Assembly (NCBI RefSeq): GCF_006345805.1
Contig: NC_042998.1
Span: 127,720,001 to 127,784,000 of the forward strand
Direction of reading: 5' to 3'
Source: Octopus sinensis
Lineage: Eukaryota
Length of the DNA stretch: 64,000 nucleotides
The stretch's first letter is position 1, and the number at the start of each line of letters is the position of its first letter. Of the stretch, positions 28,401-40,986 are shown in pieces. The position numbers and the translations under genes are program-made. A model generated the notes under the pieces. It did no database searches. It was not told the DNA's origin and worked only from the letters and a program-made list of their open reading frames with translations.

Positions 28401-30026
28401 CTATGGTTATTATTCTCAGCAAATTGGCAACAACAAAAAAAAACACAGTTCCAGCTCGCATAATGGATATCATTTGTTTAGTTGCAAGACTCAGTCGCTA
28501 TTTTTACTTTTCTAATTCGTTTATAGCACTTACTAAAGATTAATAGCTTCAACAAAAAAAGATGGCATAAAAAACAATCAAGAAGTGGAAAACTGGTGTG
28601 TTGAAGTCCTTCATTCACCATCTGTAACCAAGAAAGTATATATTTTCTCGTTGATTTCCATTACCAGTGTAGGAACGACAATGCTGTTATTTTAATACCA
28701 TCTCAGATGACATGCTTTCATTGATTAAAGAAGTATACTGTCTTGTGTTTGTGAGTAACCGCTTCACACCAGCTGAGGTTCGTTTAGGTCCTTGTAACAA
28801 TAATTCGGTGAAAAGGAAGTGAAAGATAATATGTTGCAAACTACAAAATAAATACAAGAAGTGACTTGAGCGGTGAAGCCACCCAAGGCGGTACGTCACC
28901 CTAATGCCACTCTAATATCAGAAATAAACAATAGAAACGTTTAAAAAATGTTTTTATTTGCTTGTTGTCCTAGATACACTATATTTGCAAAAAGAAGACA
29001 TGGTCATGGACTGAACAGCATTGAACAATGGTAGCAACACCATGAAAGATTGTGAAAGTAATAATACCCTTTATATAAATGAAACTAAAACAAAACAAAA
29101 GAATTTTTTTGAAATGGGGAAAATGAGTACAGGTAAAGAGTAGTTAAATGCTTTTCATATTCATATTCATATTCTTGTAGACTCCGTTAACTGGAATATT
29201 GAAAATAATTTGCATCTCCAACTTTGGTAGTGCGTTTCAGACAAATTTTAAAATGTATTCTCGTTTAGGCTTGTAAATGTTTATGTTGGAATGAATAATA
29301 TCATAAAGATGCTGAATATCCTCTATATAAGCATAAATGTGATTCCAAACGAGATTTCCTCGCTCATACAATATTTCTCAAAAGAATACGACCAGGAGAG
29401 TAACTTTTGTTTATCTCGCATAAGGAATATCGAAAAGCAGATGGCAGATTTTATGAAGGTCATTTCAAGGCTTAGGTTCTGAATCTATCTAATTTTCTTG
29501 ATTCCAAATTATATTATACTATGTAATGTAGAGTGTTTTAATACAAAGTGGTAAAAATGGTCTCTGTTTGCAATTATTCTTCCATTTATATCTTGGATTT
29601 CGTATACTAACCGAGCTTATTAGCTTCTAGCAGATGAACCATGCAATGTTGATGTAATTTTACATAAATATGCAGTCCTGAAGGATACTTCGAGAGTATA
29701 ATTCATAATCAAATCTCGCCCATCAACATTGTATAATCGCAAGAGTTTCAAGGAAATGATTTTTCAAATAACACTATGTATCTAATACTGATTTCTAATT
29801 GTGGCACAAATCCTGAATATTCAAGAATGAATGATATTTTCATATTAATCAAGTCTCTTATACGTGTGTCTCATTTACATCATAGACCTCAGAGTAGGGA
29901 AGGATGCATTTGGCCTTGGATGAATATTGATTTCGGAATCACAGAGTACATAACTGCTTGCTGTAAAACTTCTAGCTAAATTATGTAATATTCTACCATT
30001 TCACAGTATTTATATTAAATATTTAA

Positions 30027-30417
30027 TCTTTTATTCTTTCCTTTTCACTCATTAGACTGTGGTCATGCTGGGGCACCACCTTGGAGAGGTTTTGCCGACA
30101 TAATCGTCTCCAGTACTTTTTAAAACCCGGTGCTTATTCTACGGGTCTCTTTTGCAGAACCGCTAAGTTACAGAAATGTAAACACCAACACCGGTTGTCA
30201 AGCTGTGGTAAGGGACAAACACAGACACAACCACAGGCGCGCGTGTATGTGTATGTGTGTATGAATGTATATTCAGTTTCTGTCTACCAAATCCAATCAC
30301 AAGGCATTGGTCGGTCCGCGGCTGTAGTAGAAGGCACTTGCCCAAGATGATATGCCGTAGAATCGAATCTGGAAATACGTGGTTGTGAAACAAATATCTT
30401 TCAGCACAGCAAGTCCT
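30027..30417 (-). mobile_element. tRNA-derived SINE family B (internal microsatellite, CR1-like tail)
   Basis: Same architecture as 36585-37010, 47005-47630 and 56065-56517. Confidence 0.8.
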
Positions 30418-31366
30418 AAAATTTAGTAATAAAATATAAAAGATGTGGTCGGCATAAATTGATTAATTGGTCAAATGTATTTCATTTAGCTTAGTTACGT
30501 CCCTTTCTGATGAGAGTTTAAATTCTACTGCTGTTGATTTTTCCTTGACACAACTCCTTGATTTATAAGATAGGTAGCAGTCATATACACACCTGATTCA
30601 ATATATCATAACTCTTCACTACATATGTGATCTTGTACCGACGTGAGAAACGAATATCCGAAGATAAACGTAAATGATAGAAAAAAGTGTTAAATATAAA
30701 ACAATTTCAGATAATTTAATTTATGGAAAAATAACATAAAACAAATTAAGATATCAAGTTAATAGGAAATAAAATGTTGTGAAAAGCTTTGAAAAGATCT
30801 GAATTGTTAAGAATAGATAAGATAATTACTTGGATAAACATAATTCTCTATATTTATTGTCTAATTTAGAATACATACAAATCTGAGAAAATCGCATTGA
30901 AATATTCATTTCCTTTTTCCGTATTAAAATAATAGCCTCACAAATAAAGCGTGCTTCATCAGAAATTATTATAATAAATTATAATATGATGTTTTGCCAG
31001 ATTATATTACATTAATAAATATACAATTACCAACTCTCTTATGTGTAACAGAATTTTCCCATTTTATATTTTATAGACAATGCATACATACCTACAAGCA
31101 CACACATGTATCACATGAGTGATTGTGTTTATGTTGTGTTCTAAGAAGAATTCAATAAAACGGTGTTTTAAATATCTATGCCAATTTATATTAACAACAT
31201 ACAGAAATTTCTCATAATTTACGATAATTATATGAGCTAAAATAGAAAACAATATTCCTTAAAGTGTTCAGTGGCAGCTTATTGAGCTTACTTGAAGGAA
31301 TCTTGAAAGGTTCACATTCCAAGATACTTTAATATTAGCAATAACGTTCAAATACAATAAAATCTA

Positions 31367-31915
31367 CTAGAAATAACTAAAATGTACTGAGATTGCGATT
31401 TCGTGCCAACCAATCAGGTGCCATTTTTGTGGGTTATACTGATAAATATGTCTGTAAGAATAGCAGTAGTGAAATCCCAGATCTGGAAGGAATACTCCAG
31501 TGTGGAACACATTTAGGCTTTTCAAGGGGTTAGTAGTTGTTAGACGAATAAATATTTTCTCTTCTTGAAGAAGGTCAGTTTTGTAATGCACCTCTCCTGG
31601 CGCAATCTTCACTTGTTCAAGACGCACATTCCCCAATGACGGTAAAACTTATCTTTTGCTTTGATTACGAGTTATTAATTCTCTTGGAATGGGTAGTGAT
31701 TGCGCATTTAAGCTATTATAAAATACATGATTGGTACAACTCCATTTAAGAATGTGTTCAAAGCAATTGTTCATAGAGTCATTGTTGAGTGGTTCCCAGG
31801 TGCTAAAACTGCTTGATAATGAACAGTTAGTAAAGAAGAGAAGGCAACTTCCTCTGAATAAAGGTGAGCATCGTCGGTGCTGATAGCAAATAGGTCGGAT
31901 TTGACAAATATTTAT
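31367..31915 (-). pseudogene. Candidate orphan exon or pseudogene: 88 codons, TAA, then about 93 codons in the same frame
   Basis: Preceded by acceptor-like tctttttaccag; reads INICQIRPICYQHRRCSPLFRGSC...NQSKR*VLPSLGNVRLEQVKIAPGEVHY...HFSYF*. Non-repetitive sequence, no recognisable domain. Confidence 0.25.
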
Positions 31916-33004
31916 CTGGTAAAAAGATCATATAGCAGCTAGTTATTTTGGTTGTTATTGTTTATATCTCAGTTTATCTCTTGTCAAATGATGACTAGAG
32001 TTCCAGCAATGACCACCCTTTTATTTTTAATCATAATGTATCTAATATTAACTTATTTGATATACTCTTCAATTTTAAGAACATAGGATGGGATTTGCGG
32101 AAAATTGTGCTGCTGTTGCTCGTTGCTTAAGCTGTTACATAGAATTTGCCTCATATTCTGGTCTAATAAAGTCTTTATTCTCTGCGTATTTACGGTTATG
32201 AATAAATATCAATGATAATTATTTACTGAATATATTGTTGTTTCGTTTCCTTAATTTCAATTAACTAAACGCTCTTCTTTTTTCTCGTTTTCTTCTAGTT
32301 ATCATGACAGTGAAATCTTGCCTTGAAATGTTTTGCTCATAGCTCGAGTCATTCAAACTTGCTTCAAGTGTATCATTTAGTAAGTATAACTCAGTACTTT
32401 ATTCTTATTTACTGCTCGTACGCTATCACCGGCGTTGCATTGTATCTTTATTAAAGATGTACTTTACCTTAAATTGTATCTAATGAACAGATGACGACTA
32501 CATTTGATTAGATTCTTCACTTTTCTTTATCAACAACAGTGATGTGAAATACGGTAACCACGCCAGTAGATGTTCCTCTAAAGAGATCTTGAAATCATTA
32601 GAATGCCCGGTATTCTAAACTTCATAGGTTGTAGAAAAAACAGGGACCTGGCTTTTATTTTTCACTTATCCCAAAACGTAATTCAACATTTGGAATTCAT
32701 GTATTCGCTCTATTGCATGATGAATAAATCCTGGAAATTCAGACTCAGTATATAGTTTAGACGGTCCACCACCGCCATTCTATCGTTGTTTTATGATTTT
32801 ATATTAAAAGATGTGGAATACAAAATAGCACTGCAGAAATATCGTTGGATACCATCATAGTTAACTAAACTAGTTTTATAGAGTAACAAAAATTTGAACA
32901 TTACAACATCCTTATTGCTATAGCCACCACACTATTCCTGCAGACGTACGAGGAGTTTAACCCAAACGACACTACCACAGTCACAATTATATTTCAGTTA
33001 ATAA

Positions 33005-33150
33005 ATACTTTTCCACTCTAGGCACAAGGTCCGAAATTTTGGGCGAGTGGGGCAAGTCGATGAGATCGAAACCAGTACGCAACTGGTACATAATTTATCT
33101 ACCCCGAAAGGATGAAAGGTAAAGTCGACCTAGGCGGAATTCGAACTCAG
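33005..33150 (-). mobile_element. SINE family A copy (5'-truncated)
   Basis: aggcacaaggtccgaaattttggg...ccccgaaaggatgaaaggtaaagtcgacc...gaactcag. Confidence 0.85.
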
Positions 33151-33389
33151 ATAACTCTCTACGTTTCTATCCACCAGTCTTGAGTGACCTGTGAACTGGA
33201 ATGGAAAAGTATCAACATCATATCTTACTATTTCTATTTCTCGTCAATAATATATACATATAAGGAAACAATATCTCGGCCTTTGTTTAGAAACTGTACC
33301 AAATTAGAGTTTATAATTCATTTATTGCCTGGGCATTATTCATTTCGTTTGAAGCTGTAGATGAATGTAGAGATGGGTATTCTGTTTTA

Positions 33390-33602
33390 CTGTAGGCACA
33401 AGGCCTGAAACGTTTGGGGAGGGAGCCCAGTCGATTAGATCGACACAAGTACGTAACTGCTACTTAATTTATCGACTCTGAGAGGATGAAAGGCAAAGCC
33501 GACCTCGGTGGAATTCGAACTCAGAACGTAATGACAGACGAAATACCTATTTCTTTACTTGGCGGAATTTGAACTCAGAACGTAACGCTAAGCATTTCGC
33601 GC
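33390..33602 (-). mobile_element. SINE family A copy with a locally duplicated B-box segment
   Basis: ggaatt(c/t)gaactcagaacgtaa occurs twice (about 33510 and 33564). Confidence 0.85.
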
Positions 33603-34038
33603 AGCAAACCAAACCAGAGAAAAGTCGTAGAGAGTTAGGACTTCAAAACAAATGTTTCGTGGAATATAGTTCTTTGTTAATTAGTTTCACACTGACTGAC
33701 TTCTTCTCATTACTTGCCTGCGCAGAGAGACTAGACTCTCCTTATATACACGTGCATTAATCTAGAATCTTCTAATCTGTTGTGTGATTTCGTAACACCT
33801 ATAACTTTATTCTGAACCAATCAGCTTCTGGGCCGCTAGGTAAGACGCCCCGCCATACTTGACCATATGAGACATGTCCTGTATCACGTAATATAATTCT
33901 TTACTTCTCTCTGAAACTTTGACATGATGGAATATTACAGAGTGATTACACAGAAGACTAAACAATATTACATAATTATTACATAGTAAATTAAACAACT
34001 TCACAAATTTACCATAGGAAATCATAGTTAATACATGC

Positions 34039-34134
34039 ATAACTTATTCTCTTCTTCATCACAGTATATATATGTCTTTGCGTATGTCCTGTATGTACAT
34101 ATATACAGTATATATGTATATACACACACATATG

Positions 34135-34165
<31 letters not shown>

Positions 34166-34305
34166 ATATGACTGTCTGTATGCACATGTATATATATATA
34201 TACGTACCACCTTGAGATAACTTATTCTCTTCTTCATCACAGTATATATGTCTTTACGTATGTCCTGTATGTACATATATACAGTATATATGTATATACA
34301 CACAC

Positions 34306-34336
<31 letters not shown>

Positions 34337-34400
34337 TGTATGTATGTATGTATGTATGACTGTCTGTATGCACATGTATATATACGTACCGCCTTGAGAT
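34039..34400. repeat. ~180-bp tandem duplication
   Basis: ataacttattctcttcttcatcacag...tacgtacc(a/g)ccttgag is repeated at 34039-34217 and 34218-34400. Confidence 0.9.
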
Positions 34401-35324
34401 AGCCAAAAAACAGTGCGCTAAATGCAAATATCCCCGTGTATCTTGTTACGCATTACATGTGGTGGACTTCCTGTTTCAACCCATTCTAAGGAACGAGTTC
34501 AATATTATGGACTCAAGCTCCGCATGGTTACAGTGCAGTTGTTGAAAGCAATGAAATAATATATTAGCATACGTTTGTGTTTGCATATTAGTAAGAGATT
34601 TAGTATTACAAACGTTTAGATGCTAGTAATCAAGGCATGCTACATAGGTTCATATTTCATTTGAAGTGTATGTATTTACGGTAGTAATGGGTTTGGAAAA
34701 GCGACTGAACGTTGCACTACGCCTCTCCTTCTTTGATGTGGAACCCATTTGCTTAACGGGAAAAGAATTATATGTGGCGGCGGTATTTATGTTCCTGTAT
34801 GTTTGAGCATGTTTTTGTGTGTGGAAGCGGATCACTTAGTGGTTTGGGAGTTGCATACATGATCGTTAGATTGTGGTTTCAATTCAAGTATGCAGCTACT
34901 GGAGCTGGCGTGGTGGCGTAATAAGCCGTACACTGGAAGCCGAAAAACACTGCTTCAAAATATTTTGAAATATGATTGGACTATATCTAATGTTTAAGTG
35001 AACAAACAACTACCTAAACACTGCATTAACAGGTTCAATTCTTCCCTAGGTACGTTGTTCTGTTGTCACTGTCACAATCATAAATCTGGTCATTTCTATA
35101 ATCGGTCAGTTTGTAGTCGTTAATCGCTATTTTCCTCTCTAACAAAAAAAAAACTGCTGTTTGTAAATAAACACGCACATTCCAGGTGTTTTATCACTAC
35201 TACTAATATAATGTTGCTTTAACCCCCTTCATCATCCTGATTCAAGTAACTCCATTCCCTCTCTACATAAATTTCTTCTTTTCTATACTGTTCCCGACCA
35301 TACTGCTTGAATTATTCTTTTCTC

Positions 35325-35510
35325 CTCTACGCCCGAAATTTTTTGGGGAAGGGGCTAGTCGATTATACTTAATTGTACTTAATTTATCGACCCCGAAAGG
35401 ATAAAAGGAAAAGTCGACCTCGGCAGGATTTGAACTCAGAACATAGACGGATGAAATACCGCTAAACATTTCGCCTAGCTTGCTAACGCTTCTGGTAGCT
35501 CGCCGCTTTT
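35325..35510 (-). mobile_element. SINE family A copy
   Basis: Core atcgaccccgaaaggataaaaggaaaagtcgacctcggc and head remnant gctaacgcttctggtagctcgcc. Confidence 0.85.
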
Positions 35511-36584
35511 ACTGCTTGAATTATTGAATAGACAAATACACATACACGTCCTATAGTCTTTCTATTTCGCTTATTTCTCTCTCTCGCTCTTCCTCTCTCT
35601 TTCTCTCTCTTTCTACTATCTCTACTTTCTCCCTCTGTGCTTTTCTTTCTCCGCTCATCCAGCCGCCAGTCAAATGTTACGCGCAAAGTAACGGCTACTC
35701 ATTATGACGTTCAGTACAAAACGCAAAGTAACAACACTTAACACAATTATACGTGCTCTTGTCAATCCAATATATAAACCACTCTAAAAACTGTAGACCT
35801 ATTAAGGCATATGTTATATGAGTTGCAATTCCATTTAACTGCCGACATATTGGTTTCACTATTTTGTTACACGTCTTCTTTTATTTAACTAATAAGTTAT
35901 TTGGACAATCTGAAGCTAGTAATTTGTGAGCCATTTTTGTTAGACAATCAAAAATAAAAACGCTCCTGGATTTTGTCTCAGTTCGCTCAATACCTAATAT
36001 ATCAAGCAGAAGAATTTTCCAGCCGCTCTCCACATAAACACCGGAACGCCACATCAGAGAACATGATCGACTCGAAAATGAAGAATCTTTAACTGATATC
36101 AATTTCTACTAGTTTGAAAAATGTTTACCCTCGCTCTACCTTCTACTTTAGTGCGTTGACACTTAAATGAAACGTTAATTCATAGGTATCAAATTATTTT
36201 TTTTATAAATGTGTACTCTTGTTCTACTTTAATGCGTGTTCGTTCGAGTCGAATGAATCACAAAACCATCTCCAATCTCCTTACAAAATAACTTATCAAA
36301 TTAACTTTGTAAGACAAGTAAATATTTACGAACGTTTTCTGCAATACATCATCTAAATGACTTTGTAAACAGATAAATATCTATGTACATTCATAAACAC
36401 ATTTATGTAAATGTAGCTTGGATTCATATTGTAAATTAAGATCTCAATTCTGACCTACTTTACTTTTGTAATTACACAGTTTCAAGTGCTGTGTAATTAT
36501 TGAATTTCTTTAGCCGCAAATTATTATTGAAATCATTTAACCGTTTACAAAAATTTGCAATGTTGACTTAAATGGTAAAGGAGC

Positions 36585-36844
36585 TTACTCTTTTACTTGT
36601 TTCAGTCATTTGACTGTGGCCATGCCGGAGCACCGCCTTTAGTCTAGCAAATCGATCCCAGGACTTATTCTTTGTAAGCCTAGTACTTATTCTGTCGGTT
36701 TCTTTTGCCGAAACCACTAAGTTACGGGGACGTAAACTCACCAGCATCGGTTGTCAAGCGATGTTGGGGGGGACAAACACAGACACACAAACGTATAGAC
36801 ACACATACATATATATGTGGCTGTGTGGTAAGTAGCTTGTTTAC

Positions 36845-36910
<66 letters not shown>

Positions 36911-37010
36911 TCGCAAGGCTTCGGTCAGCCCGAAGGTGCCACGCAGTGGGACTAAACCCGGAACCATGTGGTTGGTAAACGAGCTACTTATCACACAGAC
37001 ACTCCTACTT
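36585..37010 (-). mobile_element. SINE family B copy
   Basis: Head rc accacatggttccgggtttagtcccactgcgtggcacc; tail aaggcggtgctccggcatggccacagtcaaatgactgaaacaagtaaaagagtaa. Confidence 0.9.
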
Positions 37011-37448
37011 CCAAATAAATTATTACCAATGAAAACTGTCACACATCATGATAACTTGGGGTGGCGGAGTTACGACTAAAATATACAGATTATATTCAAC
37101 ATATACAAGTAAAAATTGGAAAGACATCATTGCAGTTCGTGTATCACTTCAGAATTTTCACACATAGTATCAATGGAAAGCACGCGATGTAAGCTCAAAC
37201 AGTTAACGAACTATTTCTAAAACAACAAACATGTTACAAAGTTCACCGTGTGCCTTAACCATGCAAGAAATCGAAAATGTGTCTCACTGTTGACTTCGAA
37301 CTCATTATACTAATTTTTGCACACAATAAATTACACAAAACATGTATATATATTTATAATTTCTAATCCAGTTATTGTGTTTCACTGAATATATATAAAT
37401 AAAACCTTCGCACAGAGGTCAACAGCGACTCCTGCTGGTTTCAGCTGC

Positions 37449-37491
37449 TCGAAATTGATAAGGGCAACTAACCCGAAACCGGTCTGTTCGA
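37449..37491 (+). ncRNA. Decayed minimal hammerhead ribozyme (Penelope-type GAAAC-CG-GTC)
   Basis: tcgaaa-TTGATAA-ggg(caactaa)ccc-GAAAC-cg-GTC-tgttcga. Two core substitutions relative to CTGATGA; palindromic stem III ACCGGT. Confidence 0.6.
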
Positions 37492-37592
37492 AGGTTTACG
37501 GACGCAGATTTGTGCGTAATATAGCTAGCTTTTCGGAGCTAATCAACGGCAGCATTGGTCATATTTCTGTGAACTGCCACGTTAGTTCGGCA

Positions 37593-37667
<75 letters not shown>

Positions 37668-37708
37668 TATGTATGTATGTATGTACACACATACATAGAT
37701 AGATAGAC

Positions 37709-37757
<49 letters not shown>

Positions 37758-37760
<3 letters not shown>

Positions 37761-37991
37761 TTGTCCGTTTACACAGTATCAAGTCCAGCTCTCTGTCGAT
37801 ACTTTCATGTAAAATTATATAGGAACACCTCTTTTGTCGTTTGTGATTCAGATTTCCTTTCCTTTTTCTTTACAGTATAGTCTCATTTTGTTTCTTCGAT
37901 TGTGAAGTAAATCACAAAACTGTGATGCTTCCTAGGGCCAAACAGCGGAGGTATAATTCCCTTACAGGACTGTCACGTTAAGTTGACAGTA
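37758..37991. repeat. Dispersed repeat abutting (GATA)n; second copy at 45951-46110
   Basis: gatttgtccgtttacac...aggaacacctcttttgtcgtttgtgattcag...cccttacaggactg(t/c)cacgttaagttga is shared; the second copy lacks about 80 bp internally. Confidence 0.85.
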
Positions 37992-38037
37992 TACAACCAC
38001 TCTATCTCTATGAGATATTTAGAAATTGAATATTTCT

Positions 38038-38082
<45 letters not shown>

Positions 38083-38287
38083 GAGTAACATAGAAGTAGA
38101 GGTGTCAATTCATTACGTTGTCTGCACACACACGACAGGAATATCAGGTACAAACACCCCTGCACGGAGTCATGATATTCAATGTTCAATTAATATTGTT
38201 TTGGTGAGCGGATTATACCGAACTAGCAAGGTGCCTCAATTAAAATACCTAATTCAACTGAATCTTAATTATATTCTGTACATATAT

Positions 38288-38349
<62 letters not shown>

Positions 38350-38497
38350 AAAAGCAATAAAGATTCAAGTTAATTTAAATGAATTTACTTGAATATGGTA
38401 CCTAACTTAGATGCACCAAAAAAAAACTATACTGTTTTAACAATACAGTAATGCGGGGTGATTATAAGCGAGAAAGAAGCAACAAGAATGGATAGGT

Positions 38498-38588
38498 TTT
38501 TAGTACAATCGTTTCATACAAGGACAGGCTTTATTAAAAGTTGTAAAAATTACAGCATATAAACGTGTCCCGTACTCATCAGCTAAAA
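38498..38588 (-). ncRNA. Hammerhead ribozyme with long stem II (left arm)
   Basis: Minus strand: ttttag-CTGATGA-gtacgggaca...tgtccttgtat-GAAAC-gatt-GTA-ctaaaa; all core nucleotides intact. Confidence 0.8.
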
Positions 38589-40309
38589 TACATGTGAGTT
38601 CTCTAGACATCCTAGTGGTTGAGGCTATACTCATGAAGTAATGTAGATAATTAAGTAACATAAACAGATTTCCAAAGTTCATTACAGTTCTTTAAAGATG
38701 ATGTACAGTCTTATCACAGAATTTTAAAAAAGTTTTAATAGCATCACAGAGAAGGTGACCTAATCCATAGAGCACATATGAATTTCCAGAGATATGATGA
38801 GGGATTACATACTCACAGAAGACAAATTTATCCATTGTTAATCACAACGAGGTGGGTCTCAATTCCTACTTATTAGCATTACAGAGAGGGTGAATTAATC
38901 CTTTGTATAGATGCACAATTTCCAATGGTGTAGATGTAAATTTCCAGAGAAATGAAGAGGAATTTCATATTCACAGGCGATAAATTTATCAATGGTTGAA
39001 CACAATGAGGTAGGTATCAATTCTTGTTATATGATTAGGTATTTGCCACATTAATCACATTACTGCTATTTACAAGAGGCTGTAGCTATTTAACTTTTAA
39101 AGGCTGAAGGGCTTTCTAGAGAGGCAAAGAATAGAAAAGGGACGAGAATAGAAGAAAAGAGAGAAAATAAAGGAGGAGGGAGCAAAAAAGGGGGGGAAGG
39201 GGACTAAAAGAGAAGAGAAAAGGAAAAAGAGAATAAGAAGAAGAAAAAGAAAAAAGAGAAAAGAGAAAGAAATAGGGAAAGAAGGGAAAAAAAGAAAAAG
39301 AAAAAAAGAGGGTTCTAGTTATACAGAAGAATTAGTAGACGGCAAGTCTGGTTTTAATTTACAGGCATCTAGGAACTAGAGGAGAATATTATTCTTTGAC
39401 CAGTAAAACAGCTAATTTATTGCTGTTGAAATCAGCTATGAATTTAAAGAGAATCTAAAGAGATAACACAGTCAGGGGTTTAGGGGTCAGATGCTAAAAT
39501 CAAAAGAAAATAAATTAGGAAAATCTAAGTATAATCTTATCAAAAAGTCATTAAAATTTACTTATTTAATTTATTCATTTTATTGTCTTAAGGAGTTGCC
39601 GTTATTATTCATACATTGACGGACTACAGGTCAAATCTTAGAAGATCATTTACAAGGTGTTAGGGGATTGTCTATCATAATGAAGATAATCATATTATCA
39701 CCGAGGGGGTAGCCTTATTTATTTAATTTTGAAATAGAATTATGGGGCTATAGTAACTCATTTTATTTTATTAGAGTTATGCTACTTAAATTAGATTAAG
39801 TTAGGAATTAAAATTAAAAATTACAATTAAGATTTAAAATTAAGAATTTAAAAATTATGAGTTTGAAATTAAATAAAGCCTCAATTAAGCAGCGTATAAG
39901 TACTATTCATTTCCCTGTTATCAAAAAAACTGATGCAGATATAAGGAAAAAGATAACTGTAGTGTGAGAACTCTTAGTTATCTACTCAAAGCAGTGCTAT
40001 ACTAGTAGAAATCAAGTTATATCTATCTATCTAGTTACGGATATTCTAATCATTTAAAATATTTTAAAGTCTTCAATTTAGCGTGGACACAAACTTGACC
40101 TAGTTCGATATGGTTATTCAATAAGTTTCTATGTTTTCTATGCTTTAGAATTTCATACGTCTCCATGGAGCATAGTTGGCAACCAACCCTACTATTTTTA
40201 TACGGAATTGCTCTAATGAACTTTGGAAATCTGTTTATGTTACTTAATTATCTACATTACTTCATGAGTATAGCCTCAACCACTAGGATGTCTAGAGAAC
40301 TCACATGTA

Positions 40310-40399
40310 TTTTAGCTGATGAGTACGGGACACGTTTATATGCTGTAATTTTTACAACTTTTAATAAAGCCTGTCCTTGTATGAAACGATTGTACTAAA
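40310..40399 (+). ncRNA. Hammerhead ribozyme with long stem II (right arm)
   Basis: CTGATGA 40316-40322, GAAAC 40383-40387, GTA 40392-40394; stem I tttag/ctaaa. Confidence 0.8.
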
Positions 40400-40425
40400 C
40401 CTATCCATTGTTGCTTCTTTCTCGC

Positions 40426-40486
<61 letters not shown>

Positions 40487-40489
<3 letters not shown>

Positions 40490-40823
40490 GGTAAAGACCT
40501 CCTTCGGTCATGAATGACCATGGGATTGCACCCAGAAAGTTACCCTCCTAGACACAAGTCCGGGCAAGGTTGTTTATGGAAGACCAGCAGTCGCCCATGC
40601 ATACCAGCCTCCCCTCTCCACGCCACCAGTGTTATCCAAGGGAAGGACAAAGGTCGATACAGCTTAGCACCAGTGACGTCGCAACTCATTTCTACAGCTG
40701 AGTGAACTGGAGCAACGTGAAATAAAGTGCCTTGCTCAAGAACACAACACGCAGCCCGGTCCGGGATTCGAGCTCACAACCTCACGATCGTAAGCTCCAC
40801 GCTCTAACCACTGAGACATGCGC
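40487..40823 (-). mobile_element. tRNA-derived CORE-type SINE (identical duplicate at 41169-41505)
   Basis: rc: ctcagtggttagagcg (A box)...gagctcgaatcccgg (B box), then gtgttcttgagcaaggcactttatttcacgttgctccagttcactcagctgtagaaatgag, which resembles the MIR/CORE domain known from octopus OR-type SINEs. Confidence 0.85.
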
Positions 40824-40839
40824 ATATAATATATATATT

Positions 40840-40870
<31 letters not shown>

Positions 40871-40986
40871 TGACATGGCCGCAGAATGTGTTCCTGGATT
40901 CTCAGAGTCTGTTTATGTTACTAATTATCTACATTACTTCATGAGTATAGCCTCAACCACTAGGATGTCTAGAGAACTCACATGTA

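Larger units (their letters stand above)
38468..40425. mobile_element. Non-coding element with ~215-bp inverted terminal repeats, each carrying a hammerhead ribozyme (Penelope-like inverted pLTR structure)
   Basis: 38468-38684 is the reverse complement of 40214-40425, differing only by small indels; no ORF inside; adjacent to (TA)n. Confidence 0.85.

Noticed and set aside
28640-28760. Exon-like segment with ag...gtgagt boundaries
   Set aside because: Stops in all three frames; no other support.
39400-40200. Mitochondrial-like AT-rich sequence (NUMT)
   Set aside because: No recognisable mitochondrial gene, rRNA or tRNA motifs.
38500-40398. Repeated 60-77 aa ORF (MNFGNLF...) as a peptide gene
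   Set aside because: It simply overlies the inverted repeat; conservation is explained by recent duplication and the HHR.
40745-40823. tRNA gene (also 41430-41505)
   Set aside because: A and B boxes are present but the sequence continues into a CORE domain and tail; it is a SINE head.
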